Assembly: GCA_046563655.1 (NCBI GenBank)
Contig: CM102289.1
Span: 1,798,001 to 1,862,000, forward strand
Direction of reading: 5' to 3'
Origin: Yuukianura sp. NJ FZ-2021
Taxonomy: Eukaryota
Length of the DNA stretch: 64,000 nt
Positions 1 to 12,827 of the stretch are shown here, one piece after another (position 1 is the first letter of the stretch; every line of letters begins with the position of its first letter). The notes beneath the pieces were generated by a model. It was not told the DNA's origin, ran no database searches, and was given only the letters and a program-made list of their open reading frames with translations. The position numbers and the translations under genes are program-made.

Positions 1-97
1 CCTGAAAACAATGAAGCTCATTCCCCAATTAGTTCTTCGGCCTGGAGACGGTTTACATTTGAAATTTTCAAAATTACCTTAAAAAATCAAAGTTTTT

Positions 98-3000
98 ATG
101 TTATTTAAAAAGAGTGATTTTCCTACTAAATTTTTAACTTTTTGGAATTTGGAATTATGTTATTTAAAAAGAGTGATTTTCCTACTAAATTTTTAACTTT
201 TTGGAATTTGGAATTATGTTATTTAAAAAGAGTGATTTTCCTACTAAATTTTTAACTTTTTGGAATTTGGAATTATGTTATTTAAAAAGAGTGATTTTCC
301 TACTAAATTTTTAACTTTTTGGAATTTGGAATTATGTTATTTAAAAAGAGTGATTTTCCTACTAAATTTTTAACTTTTTGGAATTTGGAATTATGTTATT
401 TAAAAAGAGTGATTTTCCTACTAAATTTTTAACTTTTTGGAATTTGGAATTATGTTATTTAAAAAGAGTGATTTTCCTACTAAATTTTTAACTTTTTGGA
501 ATTTGGAATTATGTTATTTAAAAAGAGTGATTTTCGTACTAAATTTTTAACTTTTTGGAATTTGGAATTATGTTATTTAAAAAGAGTGATTTTCGTACTA
601 AATTTTTAACTTTTTGGAATTTGGAATTATGTTATTTAAAAAGAGTGATTTTCCTACTAAATTTTTAACTTTTTGGAATTTGGAATTATGTTATTTAAAA
701 AGAGTGATTTTCGTACTAAATTTTTAACTTTTTGGAATTTGGAATTATGTTATTTAAAAAGAGTGATTTTCCTACTAAATTTTTAACTTTTTGGAATTTG
801 GAATTATGTTATTTAAAAAGAGTGATTTTCCTACTAAATTTTTAACTTTTTGGAATTTGGAATTATGTTATTTAAAAAGAGTGATTTTCCTACTAAATTT
901 TTAACTTTTTGGAATTTGGAATTATGTTATTTAAAAAGAGTGATTTTCGTACTAAATTTTTAACTTTTTGGAATTTGGAATTATGTTATTTAAAAAGAGT
1001 GATTTTCGTACTAAATATTTAACTTTTTGGAATTCGGAATTATGTTATTTAAAAAGAGTGATTTTCCTACTAAATTTTTAACTTTTTGGAATTTGGAATT
1101 ATGTTATTTAAAAAGAGTGATTTTCCTACTAAATTTTTAACTTTTTGGAATTTGGAATTATGTTATTTAAAAAGAGTGATTTTCGTACTAAATTTTTAAC
1201 TTTTTGGAATTTGGAATTATGTTATTTAAAAAGAGTGATTTTCGTACTAAATTTTTAACTTTTTGGAATTTGGAATTATGTTATTTAAAAAGAGTGATTT
1301 TCCTACTAAATTTTTAACTTTTTGGAATTTGGAATTATGTTATTTAAAAAGAGTGATTTTCGTACTAAATTTTTAACTTTTTGGAATTTGGAATTATGTT
1401 ATTTAAAAAGAGTGATTTTCCTACTAAATTTTTAACTTTTTGGAATTTGGAATTATGTTATTTAAAAAGAGTGATTTTCCTACTAAATTTTTAACTTTTT
1501 GGAATTTGGAATTATGTTATTTAAAAAGAGTGATTTTCCTACTAAATTTTTAACTTTTTGGAATTTGGAATTATGTTATTTAAAAAGAGTGATTTTCGTA
1601 CTAAATTTTTAACTTTTTGGAATTTGGAATTATGTTATTTAAAAAGAGTGATTTTCGTACTAAATTTTTAACTTTTTGGAATTCGGAATTATGTTATTTA
1701 AAAAGAGTGATTTTCCTACTAAATTTTTAACTTTTTGGAATTTGGAATTATGTTATTTAAAAAGAGTGATTTTCCTACTAAATTTTTAACTTTTTGGAAT
1801 TTGGAATTATGTTATTTAAAAAGAGTGATTTTCCTACTAAATTTTTAACTTTTTGGAATTTGGAATTATGTTATTTAAAAAGAGTGATTTTCCTACTAAA
1901 TTTTTAACTTTTTGGAATTTGGAATTATGTTATTTAAAAAGAGTGATTTTCCTACTAAATTTTTAACTTTTTGGAATTTGGAATTATGTTATTTAAAAAG
2001 AGTGATTTTCCTACTAAATTTTTAACTTTTTGGAATTTGGAATTATGTTATTTAAAAAGAGTGATTTTCCTACTAAATTTTTAACTTTTTGGAATTTGGA
2101 ATTATGTTATTTAAAAAGAGTGATTTTCCTACTAAATTTTTAACTTTTTGGAATTTGGAATTATGTTATTTAAAAAGAGTGATTTTCCTACTAAATTTTT
2201 AACTTTTTGGAATTTGGAATTATGTTATTTAAAAAGAGTGATTTTCCTACTAAATTTTTAACTTTTTGGAATTTGGAATTATGTTATTTAAAAAGAGTGA
2301 TTTTCCTACTAAATTTTTAACTTTTTGGAATTTGGAATTATGTTATTTAGAAAGAGTGATTTTCCTACTAAATTTTTAACTTTTTGGAATTTGGAATTAT
2401 GTTATTTAAAAAGAGTGATTTTCCTACTAAATTTTTAACTTTTTGGAATTTGGAATTATGTTATTTAAAAAGAGTGATTTTCCTACTAAATTTTTAACTT
2501 TTTGGAATTTGGAATTATGTTATTTAAAAAGAGTGATTTTCCTACTAAATTTTTAACTTTTTGGAATTTGGAATTATGTTATTTAAAAAGAGTGATTTTC
2601 CTACTAAATTTTTAACTTTTTGGAATTTGGAATTATGTTATTTAAAAAGAGTGATTTTCCTACTAAATTTTTAACTTTTTGGAATTTGGAATTATGTTAT
2701 TTAAAAAGAGTGATTTTCCTACTAAATTTTTAACTTTTTGGAATTTGGAATTATGTTATTTAAAAAGAGTGATTTTCCTACTAAATTTTTAACTTTTTGG
2801 AATTTGGAATTATGTTATTTAAAAAGAGTGATTTTCCTACTAAATTTTTAACTTTTTGGAATTTGGAATTATGTTATTTAAAAAGAGTGATTTTCCTACT
2901 AAATTTTTAACTTTTTGGAATTTGGAATTATGTTATTTAAAAAGAGTGATTTTCCTACTAAATTTTTAACTTTTTGGAATTTGGAATTATGTTATTTAAA

Positions 3001-3696
3001 AAGAGTGATTTTCCTACTAAATTTTTAACTTTTTGGAATTTGGAATTATGTTATTTAAAAAGAGTGATTTTCCTACTAAATTTTTAACTTTTTGGAATTT
3101 GGAATTATGTTATTTAAAAAGAGTGATTTTCCTACTAAATTTTTAACTTTTTGGAATTTGGAATTATGTTATTTAAAAAGAGTGATTTTCGTACTAAATT
3201 TTTAACTTTTTGGAATTTGGAATTATGTTATTTAAAAAGAGTGATTTTCGTACTAAATTTTTAACTTTTTGGAATTTGGAATTATGTTATTTAAAAAGAG
3301 TGATTTTCGTACTAAATTTTTAACTTTTTGGAATTTGGAATTATGTTATTTAAAAAGAGTGATTTTCGTACTAAATTTTTAACTTTTTGGAATTTGGAAT
3401 TATGTTATTTAAAAAGAGTGATTTTCGTACTAAATTTTTAACTTTTTGGAATTTGGAATTATGTTATTTAAAAAGAGTGATTTTCGTACTAAATTTTTAA
3501 CTTTTTGGAATTTGGAATTATGTTATTTAAAAAGAGTGATTTTCCTACTAAATTTTTAACTTTTTGGAATTTGGAATTATGTTATTTAAAAAGAGTGATT
3601 TTCCTACTAAATTTTTAACTTTTTGGAATTTGGAATTATGTTATTTAAAAAGAGTGATTTTCCTACTAAATTTTTAACTTTTTGGAATTTGGAATT
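98..3696. repeat. 59-bp AT-rich tandem satellite, 61 copies
   Basis: The unit ATGTTATTTAAAAAGAGTGATTTTC(C/G)TACTAAATTTTTAACTTTTTGGAATTTGGAATT repeats head-to-tail. The span is 3599 bp, exactly 61 x 59, with only a few point variants. Confidence 0.98.
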
Positions 3697-4118
3697 TAGT
3701 TTAGTGAAATTTTAGGTATACGTGAGTTAAAGTTAATTGCACTGCTGTTCATATTCACCGCTGTGCAAAAATTTTTTAATACTGTACGACTTATATTGAT
3801 TACAAGACAATTGTAAATTTTTTGTTTAAAAAACGATGAGAGATTTAAACTTGCAACATTCAAAACGTGGTATAAAAAATACACAGAGGTTTATAAACTA
3901 TAGTTTATACCTAACCTATAGGTTAAAATTCAAGAGCGTAAAAAATTGGAAAACAATAATAATATCATATAGTAAAGGATAACATATAACAACTATTAAA
4001 AATTTTAAACTCATTCGTTGAGAGTAGATATGAACCGTTCAAGCACCATACCATTACATGTCTGTCAAAAATGCTAATGTGGTTTAACCTACTTGAGTAT
4101 TTTTAGGAACTGTCAACG

Positions 4119-6943
4119 TCAAAAAATAAGATCAACAAGTTTCTGGAAGTGCTCAGACTTTTGACGGTTGCGCAGAACAAATTTGAGTAGATTCTGCCAA
4201 CTCCCGAGCGATCTCGTTTGTGAACCAATGCACATGTTCAGTTGAGCTTGAGCCAGAGCTGGATCACACTCAGATCGATGATACAAATGTAAGAGTTCAG
4301 GATCCGGTGCTCGAAAGATCGTGAGATTCGTATGTATGAATTTATCATACAGCAACACATCTTCCTTACCCCAACCGCGAATTTCAAGGTCAAAACCACC
4401 AACTTTCTTGAAATCCGATTTGTAAAACCCGGCAATTCCAAATCCAAATTCCCGCCAGTATCCAGTATCTTCTGAAATTTGAAAACTGGAAGCACTTTTG
4501 ACTTCTTCTGGTAAAAACTGAGTCGAATATTCACTGAATACAATTGGAAAGTAGACTTGGACATGCTGAATAGTATTGGCCAGGATTCTTCTAATGGCTA
4601 CCGGCGAGACGACAATGTCCACGTCGATCAGAAACAGAAGATCGTCATCTTGACAAGCATTTATGCCCGTCTGGAGTCCAACTCCCCGCGAAAATTCTTC
4701 TTGGATTTGAATGACCTTGATTTGGCAATAGTATTTCCAGGTAGTTGTTTCTTGTATTCGCTTCTTGAATGTATCGATGAGCTTCAACATTTCTGCTCCG
4801 TCTTTTCCAGATCCGAACAACACAACAACGAGACTGACATTCAGACTTTCAGTGAATGATGAGTCGTCGGATATTGCTTGGCAATTGAAAACATAGTTTT
4901 CCAGAAATCGGTCAAAAGTGTCCAGTCTGCCGGAGAGAGTGAGAATGAAGACAAGACTGGTCGGCTTGGGAAAAGAGTTTTTCTGGACGGAAGATCCTGA
5001 ATCTTCAAGTATCTGAAACTGGAGCGGTGCAAATGGCCTCTGGATGTACGCATGTCTTCTGACTGGAAGAGTCATCTTCTTTCCTCTGTACTTCTTATAG
5101 GTCATCTGGAGGTCAAGGACGAAGTCTTCGCCATGCAAGGGATCAACACGATGGTAGCCATACAGTACCTCCTGGAATTGAATCACACGGCCACGAACTT
5201 TGGACAATCCGTTGATTATCTCCATCAGCTGACGTGAAGCAAAACAAAATACGGTTGGTTAAACCTGAATAACAGAAGACAAAAATCGTCAGTTGACAGC
5301 AACTAATACCTCTCTGATGACATCTTGTAACGCTTCTTTCGAAGCCGCTGCTGGTTTTTGCCGTGGGTTGAGCGCATTCGGATCACTGAAGCCATTTCTT
5401 CCTATGAAAGTCCACTGTGGGAGTTCCGAAGTATTCGAAGGCACAAACTTTTGTAGCGATGGAGGAAGACCTGGACAGAAATGAAGAAAATTGTATCTGG
5501 ATTGACGTATGTCCATGTGATTCATCTCATTTTTCTGAAAATTCTGACCTGTGACGTTGTAGGAGTCAAATGCAGTGATGTAATCTCCATCTCCGGCGGT
5601 AATTTCGGAATGGCCTTCGCCCACGAGCTCTTTCTCCACGAAAAGCAAGTCTTTCTGGAGTTGAATTGCTTCATAAAACCTCTGCTCAACTTTACGTTCC
5701 TACAATCGAAAGAACTTACTCATTTTTTTTCTTCTAAAATTGAGTTTTCCATTTGAACTTTCACATGTTCCTTACTTGAAAGTAAGAGTGGAGACGATAG
5801 AGTTGATTGTGATCCTTGATCGGATGAAGTGTAGCGGCTCGATGTACAATTCCATGTTTAAGGCTACCCGTAAAAGCATCGTTTCCACTCGAATTATGAT
5901 AAAAGATCGATTGCATCTGAAAGAAACAAGACAATTGTTGCATAACCACCATAAAAGAGATAGTACCAAAGTTTAAACAAGTGAGATAAGTCAAACACTG
6001 AACTAACATCGTACGCCCATGTACAAGAAATTCCAGCGAAGCGGTGGACGCATCGCCCAACTTCCACATCTTCATGAGTCGTCAACATTTCAGCTAAACA
6101 TTGTTCCAAGTGTGGACCGATGCGATGAAACGTGGCATGACTGAATATGTTTCCAGGACCTCCCATACAGAAGTTCTCGTTGTATGCAAGATGAAGCTTC
6201 CCGAATTCTCCTTCGTTCCCACGCCCAGTCTGCCCAATAAAGAACAACCGATTGCTATCAATAGAGCGAAGGAAATCCTCCAATTTTTCTGTCTGAGTGT
6301 ACACATCGTCATCTGCTCGCATAAACCATTCGTAATCGTTTCCGTAATTCTCGAACATATACCTATTCAATACAAAGATAAATACAAAACATGATAAGTC
6401 ATAAACCAGCAGTGTAAAACTTAGGTTTGAATCCTACTTGAGCATCATAAAGGATTTCTTTTGCGGAGGATAACTGTCATCCACTCCCGGAAGACGAACA
6501 AATGGAATCTCTGAACCGTTAAGATCTTCTTCAGTTGTGTTTTCGCCAGTGAAGAAAACGACCTTTCCATCGAGACTTTGACCCCATGTGTTGTAAACTG
6601 CGACGGCTCTTGTGCCGATGTATTTCTTCGCAGTCATTACACCAATTAGCACCAGGCGTTTGAGTTTCTTTTCGAATGCTTGAGGTTTTGCAGAAGTGAC
6701 AGTATCATCAACAAGGAAATTGACACGGGCGTCTAACCATTGGTTTGATTGATGGCGATAGAAGTAATTTTGAATGATACTTGTACATTGCTCGTTACGT
6801 CTATGACTCAGGAACGAGAAACACAGCCCCAGAGCCACTCCAAGAAGTAGTAGGTGAAATCCATTTGGACAAGCCTTCTGATTAGCACGCTGACTCGATG
6901 GCGACGACTTTGGATATGAAATCTTGGAAGCCAATTGGCACAT
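4119..6943 (-). CDS. CHSY1: Chondroitin sulfate synthase 1-like glycosyltransferase (~833 aa, 5 exons)
   Basis: Exons 6943-6438, 6362-6008, 5916-5776, 5699-5310 and 5228-4119 join in frame across GT-AG introns. It has an N-terminal type II membrane anchor and the CHSY family motifs LPGVDDSYPPQKKSFMMLKYM, WFMRADDD, ENFCMGGPG, TTHEDVEVGRCV, PVRRHAYIQ, FSRG, DVD, QVYFPIVFS and GWGKEDV. Confidence 0.95.
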
Positions 6944-7965
6944 CCTCTAAATTTTTTAAACAAATTGATAATTTAATCAAATGAACAATTAGAGCAATAC
7001 GAAAGTAACTTTTAGTTTAGTGAAGCATCTTTCTTTACCCGAACCAGTTAAAAGTATCTCCACCAGCCACAGTCACCACAGTATAAGTGACAACACGAAG
7101 ACGCGATGAATAATGTGGCGACTGAATTTCGCTAATTTAACATTAGGTAGCAGTTGCTGTTCTACCAAACGAATGGGTTGGAGTAAGCTTTAACGACAGT
7201 ATTAGCTCATAATGTACCCTTCGTGGTGCAAATTTGGTAGATACAGTATGTGGTATCTTATGTTGCCGTTTTAGTTGAGGTCGGGTTGAAGTGGCTACAA
7301 GTGTTGTCGCTCAGGTGTAGCCGAATATAGTAACCACAAAAGATGGCCGAAGTGGCTACTCTAGGCGGCTACAACAATTGTAGTTAATCCTTACCGTAAC
7401 AGAGAATGCGAAAAATAGGGGATGATCGCAGTTGTGAGATTCTGCCGATTCTTAGGATTAGTCCCCCGCTGCCGGTTTGTTTGTGTATGGGTTGACATAG
7501 GGCGGTATACTCTCCTTGTAACATTAGAATAGAACAGGCAGCGTTTCTAGTTGCAAAAAAATGTAAATTGAAGGGTTACAATTCGTGTAAACTAACTTAA
7601 ATAGGGGTTCACACCAAATTTTTGTGTAATCACTCTGCATACTAGGAATTATGGTTGCAATGTCGTTGGTGTCTACTTTGTGTTCACAGCATAGAAACAT
7701 CCGTCCTACTCCAACCTTTGTTTTTATCGGTTATGTGTTTGCTCGCTGAAATACCAAACGCCTGTGATTTATGTAGTACTGCTGAATTTTAAGTTTCCTT
7801 TTAATAAATGAGCAATTAAGTGCTTAAATCTGTTGTTAAGGTAGGTCGTTAATCATGGGATCAGATTATCATAATACACAAATTGTCACCTCATCTTTGA
7901 TATTCTATTCTTTGCTTTACATTCCAGAATATCGTTTACGATAAGGAGGGCTGCTGGAACTAATC

Positions 7966-9094
7966 ATGAGTCTCAGCAAGGACAAAAGTTCATCCAAATT
8001 TGAAGTCGTGACGTTGGACTCCAGCGATGATGAGAGCAGTCTCTTCTACAATACGCCACCTCAACGGAAGACAAAAGCTACGCAAGAAAACAGAAAAATA
8101 GCTTCCGTTTTTTCACCTGTTCAAATTAAAGAAAGCAAGAAAAAGCGATCAACTACTACCTCAACATCTGCATTGCAGCTTGAATCCAAATCAGTGCGAA
8201 CTGAAAATCCAAAGAAGTCAAAATCGTCGTCATCAACTTCTTCGTCACGAGTCCGAGTCGAGACGTCAAAGAAGCCAGTCTGGAAGCTCCCAAAACATCT
8301 CCCCACAGATGACGGCTATGTGTATACTCGCAAAGAGCGTGTCGAAGTCCAAGGAAATTCCAAGGTCATGAGTCTATCACAACATGAAAAGGATGCTCTC
8401 ATTGCACAACGTGTCAACAAGGTTATGGGAGAAACAATGGACCAACCGAAAGTCACAAAGTTGACGTCAAAACGTTCTGGTGCATTGGAAGGTTCTGCCG
8501 CTGGAGTCAGTACCAAGCTCAAAGCTCATGTCCAAAAAGTAACCAAACGCAATATAGTAAAAAGGAAGAGTTACAAAATCTTGATGCTTTGAATCTTTCA
8601 GGGAGCCCCACTTTGGAATTCTGCTCAAACTGGAAATACTGGAGGTGGTGTTAGCACTAAAGCTCCAGTAGAGGCCATGCGAGATGTCCATGTCGAACAT
8701 GCTACTGCGGAAGACTTAGACTGGTCCAGTGGAGATGAGGCCGTCATGTGCATTTCTGACAGTTTCTTACAGAATGGCGTCTCATCTAGTTTGGTGATTA
8801 AGGGCAACAAGCGCTCCTGCAGTGAATCTCCGCCACGTACCCCGCCACCATGTTCTCCCGGAGTCGTTGGAACTCCTATGCTCGACTACAGTACCATTGA
8901 CACTCCTGTTCTCAAAGTAACTTCAATTAATTGAGTTTTGAATGCTCATTTGAATTGATTGAACTAAATTACGAGTTTGACTTTAGGCCGAACTGAAGCG
9001 ATTTGGACTGAAACCGTTTCCGAGATCCAAAGCTAAAGTGCTGCTTCGACACATCTACAAGGAAACTCATCGTCCCGGAAGGCGAAAATTGTAA
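7966..9094 (+). CDS. SLX4: Short SLX4-like protein (~331 aa): N-terminal SIM, disordered region and C-terminal SLX4-type SAP domain
   Basis: Exons 7966-8538, 8602-8916 and 8987-9094 join in frame. The C-terminus TPMLDYSTIDTPVLKAELKRFGLKPFPRSKAKVLLRHIYKETH resembles the SLX4 SAP domain (human, as recalled: TPMPQYSIMETPVLKKELDRFGVRPLPKRQMVLKLKEIFQYTH). EVVTLDSSDDE is SIM-like. A probable 5'UTR intron spans 7841-7928. Orthology versus paralogy is unresolved. Confidence 0.75.
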
Positions 9095-9668
9095 TAACGA
9101 AAATCTTTGAAACCTCCAATTACGACTTTTAAGCAACTTAAAATCGGATTTTTTTTCTGTTCACTCATTCCAATAATTTGATGAACATACCACTTAACGG
9201 TACTACCGAATGACTTTTTTCAACTTTGTCCTGAGGCAAACTTCTCCCATTACTTAAGTATTTGTACTCATTTCTTTCAATAAATATTTTCAACTCACAA
9301 ACACAATTGTCAAAAGTTTTGTTTACAACAAAAAGTTTCAGTTCATTGCCTATTTAAAAAAAAGGGACGGTAGCTATTTTCGTACAAACAAAACCAAGGC
9401 TCCTTTTTCCTTTCTCCTTTACAAAAAAATTCTTCTTCTTGTGGTTTTCCCAAGCAGTTTACAATTCAGTTTCTTGAGGAACACACTACTTTGAGAAGGA
9501 AGGAACGGTCAATTTTAAGGTACTATTTTTGTTCTTAACACGAACTCGTTTCACTTAACAACTTTCTTTGAATTTAAACTAACATAAATTAAAACAGTGG
9601 ACTTATTATTCTTTGGATTTTTTACAGAAGCTGGAGTGACACCCAAACTCCCTCAAGTTTGAGATCAA

Positions 9669-10719
9669 ATGGAAGCAAAAAAGGACGTCGTCGAGTGCGG
9701 GAAAAGCGTCAAGGCAGTACACCTTCCCAGACATCTGAAGTATCCTCGGAACATTGGCGGATTTGAATGTACAAAGTGTTTCAAAACGTTTTCAAACAAA
9801 TGTAATTTAATGCGGCACATGCGTATACATACTGGCGAAAGGCCTTTCATTTGCTCCGAATGCGGGATGGCATACGGACGGAAAGACTATCTACAAATTC
9901 ACAGTCGTGAACACACCCAAGAATTGTTTCAATGCAGCAACTGCCCAATGGGTTTCAAAACAAAAAGTAATCTTAAGCTGCACTACATAACACATACTGG
10001 ACAAAGTGATTTTATGTGTAGTTTTTGTGCGTTTGCTGCTCCAAGCCGTATTGCACTTGAGCGACATTTGACAAAACATACAAGGGAGAGGGCGTTCCAG
10101 TGCGACAAATGCCCAAAGCGGTTTGGCGCTAAATCAGATCTTGGAACGCACAGAAAACGACATTTGAGTGAAAATAAACTCCAGTGTGCATTCTGTGACT
10201 ACCAAAGTCGCAAAAACAATGTAAACTATTTTTATACTTTTTCAATAGAACATAATTGTGTAATTGCTAAATTAACTATTTTTTATGTAGGAAATGGATG
10301 ATCACATCAGGCGACATGTTGGTGAGAAGGCGTTTCAATGTTCACACTGCCCTCACGCAACGATAACAAAAACTGAGCTAAATCTTCATTTAAAAACACA
10401 TGGAGTCGGGAGAAGGACGTTTGACTGCGACATTTGTCCGAAACGACTAGCTTCTAAGCTTAGTCTTGTGGACCACAAACGACTCCACAGTGGGCACATG
10501 GAGCAATGTCAATTCTGTCAAAAGCGTTATACGAATGTATATAGCTTGAAGAATCATGTGAAGAAGATGCATACCGCTGGTACTGCCGTAAGAATTGGCA
10601 ACTCCAAACAGGCAAACGCTACAGTCGATGCCGCGCTAGAAAACCGCCAAAAGTCATGCGCAGAAACGGGCTTAGAAATCAGGAAACTGCGGATAGTCTT
10701 GACTCGAATTGATGAGTAG
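9669..10719 (+). CDS. Tandem C2H2 zinc-finger protein ZF1 (~326 aa, 2 coding exons)
   Basis: Exons 9669-10220 and 10291-10719 (phase 0 intron). It has multiple CxxC...HxxxH fingers with HTGERPF-type linkers and ends IRKLRIVLTRIDE. Confidence 0.9.
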
Positions 10720-11478
10720 TAAGCGCATTGGTCAAACACTTTACATACAAATACGGTCGTATTTAACTTGCAAAACTTTAGCTAGTACATAAAAACTATT
10801 ACAAGTTGTAAAATGTATAAATTCCTTGAAGTAAAGCGCATTCAAACCACCTCAAATTTTTAGAAATTCGTGTACTTAATGTAATTGACGTTTGCTATTA
10901 GTTGTAAAAACATTCCAATTCGTCCATTTGAATAAAAACCGAGTAATAAAAGCACGCCATAGCTGGTTATGCTCACCGTTTTCATTTTCAGTAACAAACA
11001 AAATGATCCGGGCAGAACATTTTTTTTCCTTGGTGTCGTTTTCCTTGTACTTTTTAATGGCGTTAGTTCCAAAGTGGTTGAGTCGCACTGAACTTTCTGT
11101 GGCAAGAATGCTTATAATCCTCAGCAAATTCTCAAATGGATGGACAATTTTAGAACAATGAAATGGCAACCCTTTTTTAAACTTTGTTCAAATGAACTAT
11201 TATCGGAGTTCTTCCCTTTTCCCAAATAACTGCAATTTCTTCAAACACATTTTGAATCTGTAACATTGGAGGTTCAGATAAATTTCAACACTTGAACTAA
11301 AAGGAGGTTCGTAAAGATTTCGACGTTAAAAGTAATTCCTCTTCCGTTCCACTTCAGGTAATTTTTCATCATACTTTATTTCTTTTCCTATTTTAAAAGC
11401 ACAACTTTGAAAAAAAAAACTTAAACTAAATACAGAAGTCGGCTCATTGCTATTTTGATTTTTTTCTACAGAGGTCAC

Positions 11479-12407
11479 ATGGAAACAAAATCGGACGTCG
11501 TCGAATGCGTCCAATGCGGTAAAAGTGTCAAGGTGCGATGGCTAACCGGACATATGAAGATTCATTCCAACATTCGACCATTTGAATGTACAACTTGTTC
11601 CAAAACGTTTTATAAGAAGCATAATCTAACGCAGCACATGCGCGTACATACTGGGGAAAAGCCTTTCGTTTGCTCCGAATGCGGGAGGACCTTTGCACGA
11701 AACGACGAGCTACAGAGTCACCATCGCGACCACACCCAAAAATTGTTTCAATGCACCTACTGCCCCAAGGGTTTTAAAACGAAAACAATTTTGAAAAGGC
11801 ACTGCGTAGCACATACTAGAGTCAGCGACTTCATGTGCAATTTTTGTCAATATGCTACCGTAAGTTCTTCGGCCCTTAATCGACATTTGGCTACACATAC
11901 GGAGGAGAATGAATTGCAGTGCGACAAATGCCCAAAGCGTTTTGGATCCGAATCAGGCCTTGCACGTCACAGAAAACGACATTTGAGTAAAAACAAACTC
12001 CAGTGCGGATTGTGTGACTACCAAACTCACTTCAGACGTGTAATGTGCTTTTTGAAATGTTTAAATTAAAAATAATTATTTATTTGTTCATTATTTAATT
12101 ACTAAATTTGTTTTATTTAATAACTAATTATTTCTAGGACATGGAGGATCACATTAGGCGACATGTTGGAGAGAAGACGTTTCAGTGTCCGCATTGCATT
12201 TTTGCAACTATAACCAGCTACGAGTTAAATCGTCATTTAAAAAGATCACACGGAGTCGGGAGTCAGAATACTTCTAAGCGTAATCTCGTAAAATTCACAG
12301 CAGCGGTAGGAAAGCGTCCAAAGTCATGCGCAGAAACGGGTCTGGAAACCCGGGAACTTCAAATTTGCTTGAGTCGCATTGATGAATATAACCAGATTGT
12401 AAGTTAA
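11479..12407 (+). CDS. Tandem C2H2 zinc-finger protein ZF2 (~276 aa); last two fingers deleted in frame
   Basis: Exons 11479-12039 and 12138-12407, with the same intron position as ZF1. It ends [19 protein letters not shown]. Confidence 0.88.
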
Positions 12408-12827
12408 GCGTGTTTTGGTGTTATGCTTACTCTTCAGTTGCATTTGGCTTACATAACTTTAGCTACATGCAAAATTAGGTTTGTACGTTTAATACGTTTA
12501 GTACGTAAAATATTCGAAGAATAACTAAATATTTTATTTTTAATAAATATTTCACCGTCTTCAAGGAAACATTAAATAAATATTTCTTTCATCTTAAAAA
12601 AAATTGTTTACTGTATTACTTAAAAAAAAAAAAAAAATTCTTTCATCTATGCTTATTACTCTAGCATTTGTGCTCATTTCTTCCAATAAATACTTCCAAC
12701 TAAAAATTTCCAAAAGGTTTGCTTGCGACAAAATTTGTGAAAGTTGGTAATTGCCTTTTTCTAAAAAAAAAAATAGACGGTAGATATTTTTGTACAATTT
12801 TTAACTTAGCTGAATGAGTTTATTATT

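Noticed and set aside
98..3696. CRISPR-like array
   Set aside because: The units are contiguous near-identical monomers with no unique spacers, there are no cas genes, and the context is eukaryotic.
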